Below, in pieces: positions 25,001-34,585 of a stretch of DNA of 34,585 nt. Under the pieces are notes generated by a model. The model did no database searches. It worked only from the letters and a program-made list of their open reading frames with translations, and had not been told where the DNA came from. The translations under genes and the position numbers were made by a program. The stretch is taken from the IMG/VR virus record IMGVR_UViG_3300020042_002196, positions 1 through 34,585 of that record; one strand, given 5' to 3'. The stretch comes from a virus (lineage: Duplodnaviria; Caudoviricetes). Position 1 is the first letter of the stretch. Every line of letters starts with the position of its first letter.

Positions 25001-25688
25001 ATGGAAAGTAAGATCAATAGAAAAACGTTATGGTGGTGGTGGTAGCGGTCCAGCTCCTGCTCCTGTTACCACAAGTAATATTGATCCCGAATTTAAACCG
25101 GGGCTATTAGCAGCACAAGCAGCAGCTAAAAAAGAATATGAGTCAGGTAATTTAGGCCGTGTTGCTGGAGCCAGCGGCTTACAAGAAGAAGCTTATAGAG
25201 GTGGTATTGGTAGATTAAGAGAATCTACTGACCTTAATAACGCTTCTTTGATGGAGCAACGTGGTAGACTAACCGAGATGGCTAACACTGGTGGTTCAAA
25301 AGAACTACAAGATGCTCTTAAGTTAGATGTAGGTATGGGTGGTGCCAAACTTGGTGCCGACTATGGTGCTTCAGGTACATTGGGTTCATACCGACATAAT
25401 TTAGCTTCGGCAACTGCTGAAGACGCAACTAAAGCTAAGTTTGCTCAGAATGTTATTTCAAATAAAGCTGCCGCTGATGCGGCTCTTACAGGAAATATCT
25501 CAGGTACATCTGCTAATGCAACTAATCTTCTTAAGAACCTCCAGTCTACTGGTGGTGAACAGCGTACTATTGCTCAACAATTGGCTGACAAAGATTACCA
25601 AGCATTATCTAGATATGCTTCAACTGTATACGGCAATCCCGCAAGACAACAAACTGTAGTACCAGCAGCAAGTGGTGGAGGTAAATAA
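24993..25688 (+). CDS. Putative internal virion/ejection protein, P22 gp7-like position (231 aa)
   Basis: Basic leader then YGGGGSG, IDPEFKP, A/G/Q-rich helices, G.EQR...QQ..D motif and C-terminal GGGK. Confidence 0.7.
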   Translation: MSKWKVRSIEKRYGGGGSGPAPAPVTTSNIDPEFKPGLLAAQAAAKKEYESGNLGRVAGASGLQEEAYRGGIGRLRESTDLNNASLMEQRGRLTEMANTGGSKELQDALKLDVGMGGAKLGADYGASGTLGSYRHNLASATAEDATKAKFAQNVISNKAAADAALTGNISGTSANATNLLKNLQSTGGEQRTIAQQLADKDYQALSRYASTVYGNPARQQTVVPAASGGGK

Positions 25689-26248
25689 TGGATAAAGATC
25701 CTTGGAATTGGGCTGAACAATTTAATCAGCAAAATCAACAACCACAACAATCAGCGCCTCTGGCCGCAAGTATTAAACCAAGTCAAGATCAGGGTAGTAT
25801 TCAGGTACAAGCAGATAATAGACGACCTGACCCTAATATGCAGATCATTAAAGGATATGGTATTACTAAGGGGCTTGATGCTGGTGTTGGTGCTGGTATG
25901 GATGCCTACAAAGGTTCCCAAGTAGCAGATAAGATGGCTATGGCAGATGCCTCTGCTGGTTTAACTGCCCCATTAGCCGCCCCTGCTGTAGCTCCCGTAG
26001 CTGCTGGTATGGCTGAAGCAGCTGGTGCAATGGAAGGTGGTGCTGCTTTAGGTAGTGCTTTAGGTAGCGCTGGTACTGCCGCCGCCGCTGGTGGAACAGC
26101 CGCTGCTGCTGCCCCTGCTGCTCTTGCTGTTGGCGAAGGTGCCGCATTAGGTGCTGGAGCCGCTGAAGCAGGAACATTAGCCGCAATGGGGCCAGTAGGT
26201 TGGGGTGTGGGTGCTCTACTAGTAGCTAAACATATGAAATGGATTTAA
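25688..26248 (+). CDS. Putative ejection protein with Ala/Gly-rich hydrophobic C-terminus (186 aa)
   Basis: TAATG coupling. Long Ala/Gly tract ending MGPVGWGVGALL, resembling a glycine zipper. Confidence 0.7.
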   Translation: MDKDPWNWAEQFNQQNQQPQQSAPLAASIKPSQDQGSIQVQADNRRPDPNMQIIKGYGITKGLDAGVGAGMDAYKGSQVADKMAMADASAGLTAPLAAPAVAPVAAGMAEAAGAMEGGAALGSALGSAGTAAAAGGTAAAAAPAALAVGEGAALGAGAAEAGTLAAMGPVGWGVGALLVAKHMKWI

Positions 26249-26249
26249 T

Positions 26250-28748
26250 ATGGGGCCATTATCTGGAAAACAACACAGGGAATATCTCAAATTAGTTGAA
26301 CAAGAAAAACGAGAATCAGCTAAAATGGAAAGAGAAGAATCCCGTAAACAAGAGCTTCATGAAATAAAGAAGATGGAAGCCGCCTCAAAAGCTAATCAAT
26401 CTTTAGGTCATAAAGAACAAGTACACAAATACAAAATGGGAGAACTTAAAGTACCTCCCTTAGGTCAAGGCAATATCCCAACACCTAATCCTCTGGCTGA
26501 CACAGGTATGTTTAGCAGAGGACAACACCTGTTACCTTTCCAAGCAGAAGACAGGGCAAAGGCTCGTAAGGCATCTGCAAAGAAAGACACTGATACAGTG
26601 CCAGCTATGCTTACTCCCGGTGAGGCAGTTATCCCTGAGCCAGCCGCACAGAACCCTAAGAATAAACCTTTAATTAAGAAGATGGTTCAAGAGGGCAGAA
26701 AAGCAAACAATATGCTTAAATTCCGTTTTGAAGATGGTACAGGTAACGTACCCCCGATGAATCAAATGGTTATGGATAACACTGATATGAGGGATGGCAC
26801 CGTATCTATTGTTAAGTCAGATGCTATTGGTACTCATCCTGATGTTCCCAGTTCTTCATTTAGTCATGGTACTACCTTTAGTAGGGGTAGTTCAGAGAGC
26901 TATCATTATGATGATGGTGTTGTTAATGTACCTCGATTAGATAACGAACTCGCCAATTATCAACCTGAACCTTCAGGATCAGAAAATGTACCTCCAGTAG
27001 TACAAGCACCTGTAACAGCAGCAGCATTACCTACTCCTTTAAATAACCCACTTGCACCCGTTATTCCTGTTCCTGTAGGCACAGTATCTTCTGTAGGTGA
27101 TGAGGCCCAAAACGTAAGTAACATTTCTGTTCCTGTATCAGTACCTGCCCCAGGCGCAACTGTTGTAGCACCTCCTCCAGGTATTCCAGCACCTGTAAAT
27201 CCTAATGAAACATTACCTGTTACCAAAGCAGATGACGCTGTATTAAATAGATTCAGAGATGTACCCCCAACTGTTGTGTCAGAAACCAGACCCCCAATTG
27301 ATGTTGCTGAACGAATGAAGTTCTGGACAGATCAACTTAAGTCATCTCAAGATGACGTAGGCAAAGCAATGCTAGGTAAGAGCGATGAAGATGCTATTAA
27401 GTCTGTTAAAGATGTATTTACCTTTAAAGGATTTAAATCTTTGTTAGGTTTAAATGATCAAGAACTAGCACGTTTAGCACTTAGCACAGTAGCAGGGCAA
27501 GCTATGGGTTATGATTTATCTCGTTCATTAGCCTATGGTGGTAGACAAGCTTTTGAATCTTCATTACGTAGACAAGCTCAAGAATCTCAAGATAACAGAG
27601 CAGACAAAAGAACTAAACTTTCTGAAGAACAAGGCAATAAACGCTTTGCTATTCAGATGACTTCTAATGACCTACAAGCTGAAAGAGCTGACAAAGCTGC
27701 TAAACTAGCTCAAGAAAAAGTAGATCTTGCTAATCGTAAACTTGATGCAAGAGAAACTCTTGACAGGATGAATCAGGCATGGAGAGAAAACGTAGAAAAC
27801 AGAAGATATGAAGAAAGATTATCTGCTGAAGGTAGAGCTGAGTTCCGTCAAGACAACAATAGATTTGAGGATGCACTTGCCAAAGACTTTGGGCCTAATG
27901 CTAAGGCTGTACGAGATAGAGCTATTAGTATAGTAGCTGAGGCTAAGACCCCTCAAGAAAGAAGTGCTGCTCTTCAGAAAGCAACTATTTTTCTTAACTC
28001 TAATGTGTATTTCCATCGTGCGTCTTCAGGTGGCGGTACTAAAGAAAGAGATTACAAAGACTATGTTAATGAAAGCGGTAATGTTATTTCCCTTCATACC
28101 AACAAAGATGGTAATCTAGTAGATGAAAACAATAATAGGTTTTCTAGAAACAAAGTTAAATCTTTGGCAGCAGCTAGGTTTGAAGAGCAAGATGTTGTTA
28201 GTAAAGTTAATGCTTTAATTCCAGCTAACACTAAAGATATTAATAATCAGGTTGTTAATCCTACATACTTATCTTCAAATATTAATAGACTGTTTTCGGG
28301 TATGCCGGGGTTATCTGGTAACCAGAAAGCTACTATTCTTGAGGCATCTATGCCACAAATCCTACAACAAAAACAATTTGATAGCGCAACTTTAAATCAA
28401 GTTTTAAGAGCAAACGTTGTTAAAGAACTTGCGCCAGCTGACTCTAAATTGTGGGAAATGCCTGACAAAGAGGTTATGAGTGCTAAGAGTGCAGTTAACT
28501 TTACAAAAGCAATAGATAACATAAAAGCTAGATCTGCCTCTGATGGTAGAGAGCCAATGACAGATCAACAAGCATATTCTGCACTTAGTAGTATGTACAA
28601 AGATTTAGATAAATCAGGGGTTACAACTGCTATGGAAAAAGCAGGAGTTAGAACACCTGGGTCTAGCCTATTTATGGATTGGGCTTATGATTATACTAAC
28701 AACAATGGTAATAAGTATAAAAACTATATGCCAAAACCAAAACAATAA
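26250..28748 (+). CDS. Large putative internal virion/ejection protein (832 aa)
   Basis: DTVPAMLTPGEAVIP motif, Pro-rich linker and coiled coils. Position in the ejection cluster. Confidence 0.75.
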   Translation: MGPLSGKQHREYLKLVEQEKRESAKMEREESRKQELHEIKKMEAASKANQSLGHKEQVHKYKMGELKVPPLGQGNIPTPNPLADTGMFSRGQHLLPFQAEDRAKARKASAKKDTDTVPAMLTPGEAVIPEPAAQNPKNKPLIKKMVQEGRKANNMLKFRFEDGTGNVPPMNQMVMDNTDMRDGTVSIVKSDAIGTHPDVPSSSFSHGTTFSRGSSESYHYDDGVVNVPRLDNELANYQPEPSGSENVPPVVQAPVTAAALPTPLNNPLAPVIPVPVGTVSSVGDEAQNVSNISVPVSVPAPGATVVAPPPGIPAPVNPNETLPVTKADDAVLNRFRDVPPTVVSETRPPIDVAERMKFWTDQLKSSQDDVGKAMLGKSDEDAIKSVKDVFTFKGFKSLLGLNDQELARLALSTVAGQAMGYDLSRSLAYGGRQAFESSLRRQAQESQDNRADKRTKLSEEQGNKRFAIQMTSNDLQAERADKAAKLAQEKVDLANRKLDARETLDRMNQAWRENVENRRYEERLSAEGRAEFRQDNNRFEDALAKDFGPNAKAVRDRAISIVAEAKTPQERSAALQKATIFLNSNVYFHRASSGGGTKERDYKDYVNESGNVISLHTNKDGNLVDENNNRFSRNKVKSLAAARFEEQDVVSKVNALIPANTKDINNQVVNPTYLSSNINRLFSGMPGLSGNQKATILEASMPQILQQKQFDSATLNQVLRANVVKELAPADSKLWEMPDKEVMSAKSAVNFTKAIDNIKARSASDGREPMTDQQAYSALSSMYKDLDKSGVTTAMEKAGVRTPGSSLFMDWAYDYTNNNGNKYKNYMPKPKQ

Positions 28749-28763
28749 AACAATGGAGGGGTT

Positions 28764-31700
28764 ATGTTAACACTAGATGAATACATTGAGAATGCCAGAG
28801 GCCAAGGCACATCAGCCCCGACACAACCTGTCACTGTTGGGGGTAAACAAACTGATAAGCCACAAAGGTGGGTTGATCCTGACACGGTAAACATTGGAAA
28901 CCAATCGTATCGTATACAAGGTTTTAATGCACCTGAGACTTCTAAACGAGTAGAAGGTATATTTACTCCTCCACAAGAACAAGGTGCCGCAGGATTTGCT
29001 CCTAAAGCCCTTGAGCTTGGCGGTTTTACTGATATACAACCTAAAGGTAAAGATAAATACGGTCGTACACTAGCCCAAATGGTTAACCCTCAGACGGGAA
29101 AAACAGGCGGTGACTTCCTTACTACTACAGGTGTTGTAGACCCTAACCAATTTACAGATAAGCAGGTAGCACTAAAGGCATTTCAAAATCAAACGATTAT
29201 GAATGCATTTCCTGAACGTGCCAAACAAGATCCTATCTTAAATGAAGTATTAAAAGCTAAAGAAGCCAGAGATAAACAATTCGCTGATTTAGGTAGATCT
29301 CAATACGCACCCAAGATGAATGCTTTTAACGAGCAAGTATATGCTGCTTATAAAGGTAGCACAGGTAGAGCTGGTATTAACTCTGCAAGAGAAGAAATTC
29401 AACGTATTGATAGATTGTTAGCTGAAGAAGGTAAGCCTATACAGGTTCCCTCTGATGAAAACATTGGTGGATTAAACCCTGCCAGCTACGAGACCAGGTA
29501 CCCTAACCCAATACCTCCTGAAGTTAAAGCTCGATTGTTAAAAGAAAAAGAAGCAGCTCAGGTGCAATTGTTTCAAGCATCTTACCAACCTGACGTTGTT
29601 GGTGGTGTACAGTTCCGTTCTAATGACAGAACAATAATGAACCAAGCCAATGACCAATTATCAGTAACAACCTACAATGCCCTTAAAGATATGTCTAAAG
29701 GGTTTTGGGGTAACGTTGAAATGATTGGTGACAAAACAGGATGGACTGAATTAAAAGATAATGCTAAAAGGCATGTCAATGGTATTAAGATGGTTCAAAA
29801 TGAATTACCTTATACCTTGTCATCTTTTAGAGATGTTAACTATGATCAAGGATTTTGGAGAGGTGCCTCTGATACAGTAACTTACACAGGTAACTTACTG
29901 GCAGGGACATTACCCCAAATGGTTGTTATGATGGGGTCTGCAGCTGTTGCTGGGCCTGGTGCTCTTGGTTTTACGTTATCAACTATTCCGGGAGCGTTTC
30001 TTTATACTGGACAATTCTATGCTGATCAGCCTGACAGCAAAAAGAATGCATCATTAGCTGTTGCTATGGGTGTTTCTTCAGGTGCTCTTGACAGAATAGG
30101 TTTAGAATTTCTTGGTGGTAAAGCACTAAAGAATGCTAACATCTTTACTCTTGTTGGACAGAAAGAAGCAGAACAAGCAATCATTGCATCTGGTAAAGCA
30201 GCATCAAAAGCAGAGGCATCTAAGATGCTTCAAGAAGCTACTAAAGCAGAAATACTGGAGCTAACAGGTTTCAGTAAAGAGTTTGCCAAGAGACAAATAG
30301 CATCTGTTGAGGGTGGTCTTAAAGCAACTGGTAAAATAGCTGTATCAGCTGCTGGAGAAGGTACCACAGAATTATTACAACAAGAAGTAGAACAATCTGG
30401 TAAATCAGGCGAATGGAATCGTAACTATAAGTACGAAAAAGAATATGCACACGCACTTGAAGATGCCTTTACAGGTGGCGCTGTTATGGGTGGATTGTTT
30501 GCTGGTGCTGGTAGATTAAGAAGTGCTTCTCAATGGCATTCATCTTTAGATGCCAAAAGGTTATATGACAAAGCAGTGTCTGACTCACAATCATTTCAAG
30601 GTGATAACGTACAAAGAGTTATTAATAAAACTGGTGGTCATACCAGTATTATTGAATTAGCAAAACAAACAGGAGCTAACCCAAGTAATTACCCAGATAC
30701 ATCTCTGAATAGCCTACCCATAAACAAAGGTTGGTTTAATGGACTTAAACAAACACTTGCAGATCCAATGTCTTTGGTCAGGCAATTAAGCCATACTGCT
30801 ATTCCATCTATCACAGACGAGAATGGTAATTTCAAATATAATTTAGCATACTTAAAAGCTATTATGGGTAACCACGGTATTTTACCAGGTGACCATGCTG
30901 CTGGATTTGAACAAAAGAAATTAGGAGAATGGTCAGGTGGCAGCGCATTTGAATTAGCTTCACAGCTAACTTCTTTTGGTGGATTTGGCGCAAACAAACA
31001 AGTGGCTAATGATTTAGTTAAAGAAGCGTATAGTAGCTACTGGTCTCAAGGTCAGACATTACCCCCTAATAGTAGGAATAATATTGTCCTACAACAATGG
31101 AAAGATAATCTAGATATTGTCAGACAAAAAATGCTTAAGGCAACTATCGATGCCGGACTACCTGTAGACCCTTTAATTGATGACAATGCTTTATTCCAAT
31201 CTTCAAAGATTGAACCAGATAAATTAGTTGCTAACCGCCAACTTATTATTGATGAGGTAGTTAATAACGGTGCTGACAAAACAGAAGCTGCTGCTGCTGT
31301 TAAAAATCTTGGTGGTAAAAATAAAATTAAATATGAAGCAGCCAAAGATTATCTAGGTCAATTTGGTTTATTTACTAACCCTAATTTAAGTCAAATATTT
31401 AGTAGCAATGTACTAGATAGTATTGAACACCTGAAAGAACAAACGGCTGGTCGTATTATGCGATCAATATATTTAGGTGAAGGCGGTTCTGTACTAGGTA
31501 AACTATTGTTGCAAGCTAAAGATGCTGGTGAATTCAATAAGCCTGATGGTACTTTCGATGAAGATGCTTTTAAAGTAGCTGCTACTGAAGTTAAAGCTTG
31601 GTATGATATCACTACTAACAACTACAATAATATAGAAACACCTTGGTTAGCTAAGGCTCAAAATTGGTTAATAACGGGTACATTGTTGTCTTCACTAACT

Positions 31701-33053
31701 AAAGCAGCTATGTCTTCACAAGCAGAAGCTTCGTTAGCTACACTAGGGACACCTGGAGAACTACTTGGTAAACAACTTGCAACATATGGTAAAGAATATG
31801 CGGCTGAGTTTGCTACTGATTTAGCTAAAGGTGCTTCATGGGCATCATCATTAATTGGTATATCACATCTAAGATCTATACCCGATGTAAGTCTACAAGA
31901 AAAACTAGACAGATTAGTTAACAAACTAAATGCTGGTAATCTAAAACAAAAAGAAATTAATGATATACAAGAAGAAGTAGAAGGCTTACATGAAAGAATT
32001 TACAACAGAAAAATCTTTAGTAAACTAGGCTATGCCGAAACTGGCTTTGATGCAGCAAACAAGTACGACTTTGGTGGTACTGATTCTGCTGTACTAAGAA
32101 AAGTTATGGGTATCTTTGTATCTGCAATCTCTTTAAGAGCACAGACAGATGCTAACCGAATGGCAGTTCTTAGTGTTGCAGGAGATATCATGATGTCTCA
32201 ACTACAGATACTTGCTAACATTGATCCTTCTATTCGAGAACAAGGATTAGCTACTGGTAGAGGTCTATCTGTTGAACAACAACAGGCAGTTATCCAGCTA
32301 CAACAGTATGGTATGAATGTCCATGCTATGTTACCTATGATGGATACTCTAGCTCTAAGTGGAGAAGACCCTTCTAGTTTATTTAATACTGAACAGACAG
32401 ATCCTTATTGGGCTGGTGTTCAAGATAACATTTACACTGCATTAATGAACTTTGTTGATTCACGCATTGTTAATCCACAACCATTTAACACACCTAAGAT
32501 CTATAACGATCCAAGGTTTAAGATGTTAACTACTATGCAAAAGTTTATGGGTACAGCTACCGCTGTTATCCTACCAAGACTATATAAACAGTATATTCTT
32601 AATGGCAATGTATCCATGAGATACGATGGCTTTGCAACTATTGGTATGACACTCATCCCCAGTGCATTGTTAAACATGCTTAAAGACCAGCTGTCTTATG
32701 GCGAAGAAAGTCCATATGTTAAAAGTAAAGCTAAGAAGGCTCAAAGAATTTTAAATTCAACAGGATTCTTAGGTCAATTTGAAAAAGTTACTGAAGCTAT
32801 TTCACCTACTATTGATTTTAAATCAAAGTCATTCGAAGAAAGTCCCGCTGGGTGGGCAATTGATAAGGTAAAAGGTGCTTCACCTGTTGCCTCATGGGTA
32901 GCTAAACCTATTGAAGGAATACAAATGATATCAGAAGATAAAGATCTAAAGGGTACCAAGAAAATCATGAGAGCTATGCCAGTGATTGGTGCTCTACCCG
33001 CTGCAAGTAATTATGCGGCAGAAAAAATAGTTAATGCTTTTAAGGATAAATAA
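28764..33053 (+). CDS. Giant internal virion/ejection protein with an N-terminal thermonuclease (SNase)-like domain (1429 aa)
   Basis: GGAGG SD. WVDPDT..YRIQGFNAPET..DKYGRTLA motifs. Central Gly/Ala hydrophobic helices (EGTTELLQ..E, FTGGAVMGGLF) and a C-terminal helical region typical of ejection proteins. Confidence 0.8.
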   Translation: MLTLDEYIENARGQGTSAPTQPVTVGGKQTDKPQRWVDPDTVNIGNQSYRIQGFNAPETSKRVEGIFTPPQEQGAAGFAPKALELGGFTDIQPKGKDKYGRTLAQMVNPQTGKTGGDFLTTTGVVDPNQFTDKQVALKAFQNQTIMNAFPERAKQDPILNEVLKAKEARDKQFADLGRSQYAPKMNAFNEQVYAAYKGSTGRAGINSAREEIQRIDRLLAEEGKPIQVPSDENIGGLNPASYETRYPNPIPPEVKARLLKEKEAAQVQLFQASYQPDVVGGVQFRSNDRTIMNQANDQLSVTTYNALKDMSKGFWGNVEMIGDKTGWTELKDNAKRHVNGIKMVQNELPYTLSSFRDVNYDQGFWRGASDTVTYTGNLLAGTLPQMVVMMGSAAVAGPGALGFTLSTIPGAFLYTGQFYADQPDSKKNASLAVAMGVSSGALDRIGLEFLGGKALKNANIFTLVGQKEAEQAIIASGKAASKAEASKMLQEATKAEILELTGFSKEFAKRQIASVEGGLKATGKIAVSAAGEGTTELLQQEVEQSGKSGEWNRNYKYEKEYAHALEDAFTGGAVMGGLFAGAGRLRSASQWHSSLDAKRLYDKAVSDSQSFQGDNVQRVINKTGGHTSIIELAKQTGANPSNYPDTSLNSLPINKGWFNGLKQTLADPMSLVRQLSHTAIPSITDENGNFKYNLAYLKAIMGNHGILPGDHAAGFEQKKLGEWSGGSAFELASQLTSFGGFGANKQVANDLVKEAYSSYWSQGQTLPPNSRNNIVLQQWKDNLDIVRQKMLKATIDAGLPVDPLIDDNALFQSSKIEPDKLVANRQLIIDEVVNNGADKTEAAAAVKNLGGKNKIKYEAAKDYLGQFGLFTNPNLSQIFSSNVLDSIEHLKEQTAGRIMRSIYLGEGGSVLGKLLLQAKDAGEFNKPDGTFDEDAFKVAATEVKAWYDITTNNYNNIETPWLAKAQNWLITGTLLSSLTKAAMSSQAEASLATLGTPGELLGKQLATYGKEYAAEFATDLAKGASWASSLIGISHLRSIPDVSLQEKLDRLVNKLNAGNLKQKEINDIQEEVEGLHERIYNRKIFSKLGYAETGFDAANKYDFGGTDSAVLRKVMGIFVSAISLRAQTDANRMAVLSVAGDIMMSQLQILANIDPSIREQGLATGRGLSVEQQQAVIQLQQYGMNVHAMLPMMDTLALSGEDPSSLFNTEQTDPYWAGVQDNIYTALMNFVDSRIVNPQPFNTPKIYNDPRFKMLTTMQKFMGTATAVILPRLYKQYILNGNVSMRYDGFATIGMTLIPSALLNMLKDQLSYGEESPYVKSKAKKAQRILNSTGFLGQFEKVTEAISPTIDFKSKSFEESPAGWAIDKVKGASPVASWVAKPIEGIQMISEDKDLKGTKKIMRAMPVIGALPAASNYAAEKIVNAFKDK

Positions 33054-34555
33054 TGCCAGCAATAAATGTTAATACAAATGCAAGGGCGAGGGCACCCTTA
33101 AGCGCAGATCAATTAAGTGCCTTTTCACAACAGGCTTTTGGTGCTGCTCCCCAGGTAGAAATACCTGGGATGGCAGCAGTTAAAGAGGCAATGGATATCT
33201 ATAACCCCAGACCAATTCCTGTTGTTCCATTACCTGCACAAGGTATTGCTGGACCAGTAAATGTAGATAGATTATCTGCACAATCAACTCCAGAAGACTT
33301 AGCTCAAGCTACTCAATCCAGTTTAGCTGGTCGAGAAAGGTTTGAGCCTGTAACTGACGAATCAGGTATGCCTGTATTTGATGAAAATACTGGTGAGTAT
33401 GCTACCAGACCTATTACTATGGAACAGTTTGGTCAACAACAAGAAGCTGACCTATCAACCAGACCTAATATGGCCTCTGCTCTGATGACAGAAGATCCTG
33501 TAGAGGCAGGTATGGCTATTCTAGGTGCAAGATCTGAAGTGTCTCAAGCAGAGAGTATGCCTTCAGGTACCTCTCAGTTCTTTAATATGGATGAGTCTAA
33601 TATTAAATCATGGGCTGATAGTGCTGCTCCGTTTTTAAGCATAGTATCTGATTCTACTTTGTCTGATTTATTTAGTAATAGCTCTGTTATCCGTAGTAGT
33701 AAACCTTCTTACGAAGGAGTACCAGTTGGTTTAGAGATTCTAAACACTTATGATATACCTTTAGAATTAGCAAAACCTTTGTCTACTGTTCTTGGCATTG
33801 CACACGCAAGAGCTACTGAACAAACAAGAATATACAAAGATAGTGTTAAAACTGACAGCTATGAAGACAATGTTATTCTAGATAAAAACGGTCAACAGTT
33901 AGATGCACAACCTAAAGCTAACTTGGTTAACTCAACTATTGCAGCTATGTCTAATGCTTTAAATAATTTAGGTATAACTTTACCAGCAGAAGCAGTAAGA
34001 GAATTATCTGAAGCTAAAGTAGAAGCAGAAATTGCTCAAGCTAGGCATCGCCCTATGCTAGACAAAGATAACAACATAGTATATGGTTCTACAGGTGCAA
34101 TGAAAGACATTGCTTCAGGGCTATCTTATATGTCTGCCGCTTTAGCTGGTGATGAAAGACGTATCTTACCCTCTAAGGTACCACAAGTATCAGGTAGTAA
34201 CTTTCTGAAGCCAGGTTCTCAAGGAACAAAGAATTCATTACCCTTAAAAGGTACTGCATTCCCGGCAGCAGAGGCAGTCAAGGATATGTTTGGTTCTATT
34301 GGTGAAATCTTCTTACCAAAGAATATGTTATCAACAAGTAAACAACTTGATGACATCAAGGCTAATTTAGTTGATGATGAAACTGGTTTGTATTCTACAA
34401 GTGTGTTTGCAAAGAGACATAAGGTATCTCTTGCTGATTACAATACATTTAAAAGCAGGCCTAGCCCACCTAAAGACTACAATTCTAACGATCCAGAGAA
34501 GGTTAAAATCTTTAATGATATAAAGGATAAACATGCCAGAGAAGTTACTACCTGA
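33053..34555 (+). CDS. Putative internal virion protein (500 aa as read; may be the N-terminal part of a larger, interrupted protein)
   Basis: TAATG coupling and AAGGA SD. Core-like codon usage. Ends at a TGA, rare in this window, 30 nt before the window end. Confidence 0.7.
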   Translation: MPAINVNTNARARAPLSADQLSAFSQQAFGAAPQVEIPGMAAVKEAMDIYNPRPIPVVPLPAQGIAGPVNVDRLSAQSTPEDLAQATQSSLAGRERFEPVTDESGMPVFDENTGEYATRPITMEQFGQQQEADLSTRPNMASALMTEDPVEAGMAILGARSEVSQAESMPSGTSQFFNMDESNIKSWADSAAPFLSIVSDSTLSDLFSNSSVIRSSKPSYEGVPVGLEILNTYDIPLELAKPLSTVLGIAHARATEQTRIYKDSVKTDSYEDNVILDKNGQQLDAQPKANLVNSTIAAMSNALNNLGITLPAEAVRELSEAKVEAEIAQARHRPMLDKDNNIVYGSTGAMKDIASGLSYMSAALAGDERRILPSKVPQVSGSNFLKPGSQGTKNSLPLKGTAFPAAEAVKDMFGSIGEIFLPKNMLSTSKQLDDIKANLVDDETGLYSTSVFAKRHKVSLADYNTFKSRPSPPKDYNSNDPEKVKIFNDIKDKHAREVTT

Positions 34556-34585
34556 TACTTGTGGTACCTTAGAGGGTAAGATACG
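34533..34585 (+). CDS. Possible next gene, 3'-truncated (MPEKLLPDTCGTLEGKI...)
   Basis: AAGGA 5 nt before ATG 34533. It is the only plus frame open from the TGA to the end and overlaps the previous ORF by 23 nt. Confidence 0.3.
   Translation, partial: MPEKLLPDTCGTLEGKI

Noticed and set aside
2070-32968. All minus-strand ORFs and nested plus-frame ORFs in the track (e.g. 7183-7485, 15960-16310, 22526-22939, 26960-27226, 30689-31924)
   Set aside because: They overlap well-supported plus-strand genes and show no motifs or initiation signals. They are shadow ORFs.
1-34585. Stop-codon reassignment
   Set aside because: Genes are long and tightly packed under the standard code. TAG/TGA ends are followed by new SD+ATG starts or a nearby TAA.

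Overview
This is a dense, entirely plus-strand virion morphogenesis module of an AT-rich tailed dsDNA phage with a short-tail (podovirus-type) gene set. The window starts inside the terminase large subunit. It continues through a small accessory cluster, a P22/SU10-like portal, scaffold, major capsid protein (with a strong terminator), head-tail adaptor, and a long Ser/Ala/Thr-rich fibre. An ~8 kb array of five further fibre/receptor-binding proteins (RBPs) with chaperones follows, then holin-like genes, nozzle, a repeat-rich needle/fibre, a GNAT-like protein, and internal/ejection proteins up to 1429 aa. The last gene breaks just before the window end. No tRNA, rRNA, CRISPR array, integrase, transposase, reverse transcriptase or endolysin was recognised. 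The best candidate for an undescribed system is the RBP array: matching counts of putative docking domains and N-terminal peptides suggest a branched, plug-and-socket fibre tree, and codon-usage seams plus exact 16-30 bp repeats suggest its tips are swapped by recombination. Other highlights are a thermonuclease-like domain on a giant internal protein, a GNAT next to a Gly-rich leader protein, and a structured (possibly pseudoknotted) RNA leader before the portal. Family names come from motif recognition by eye and gene order, not from database searches.
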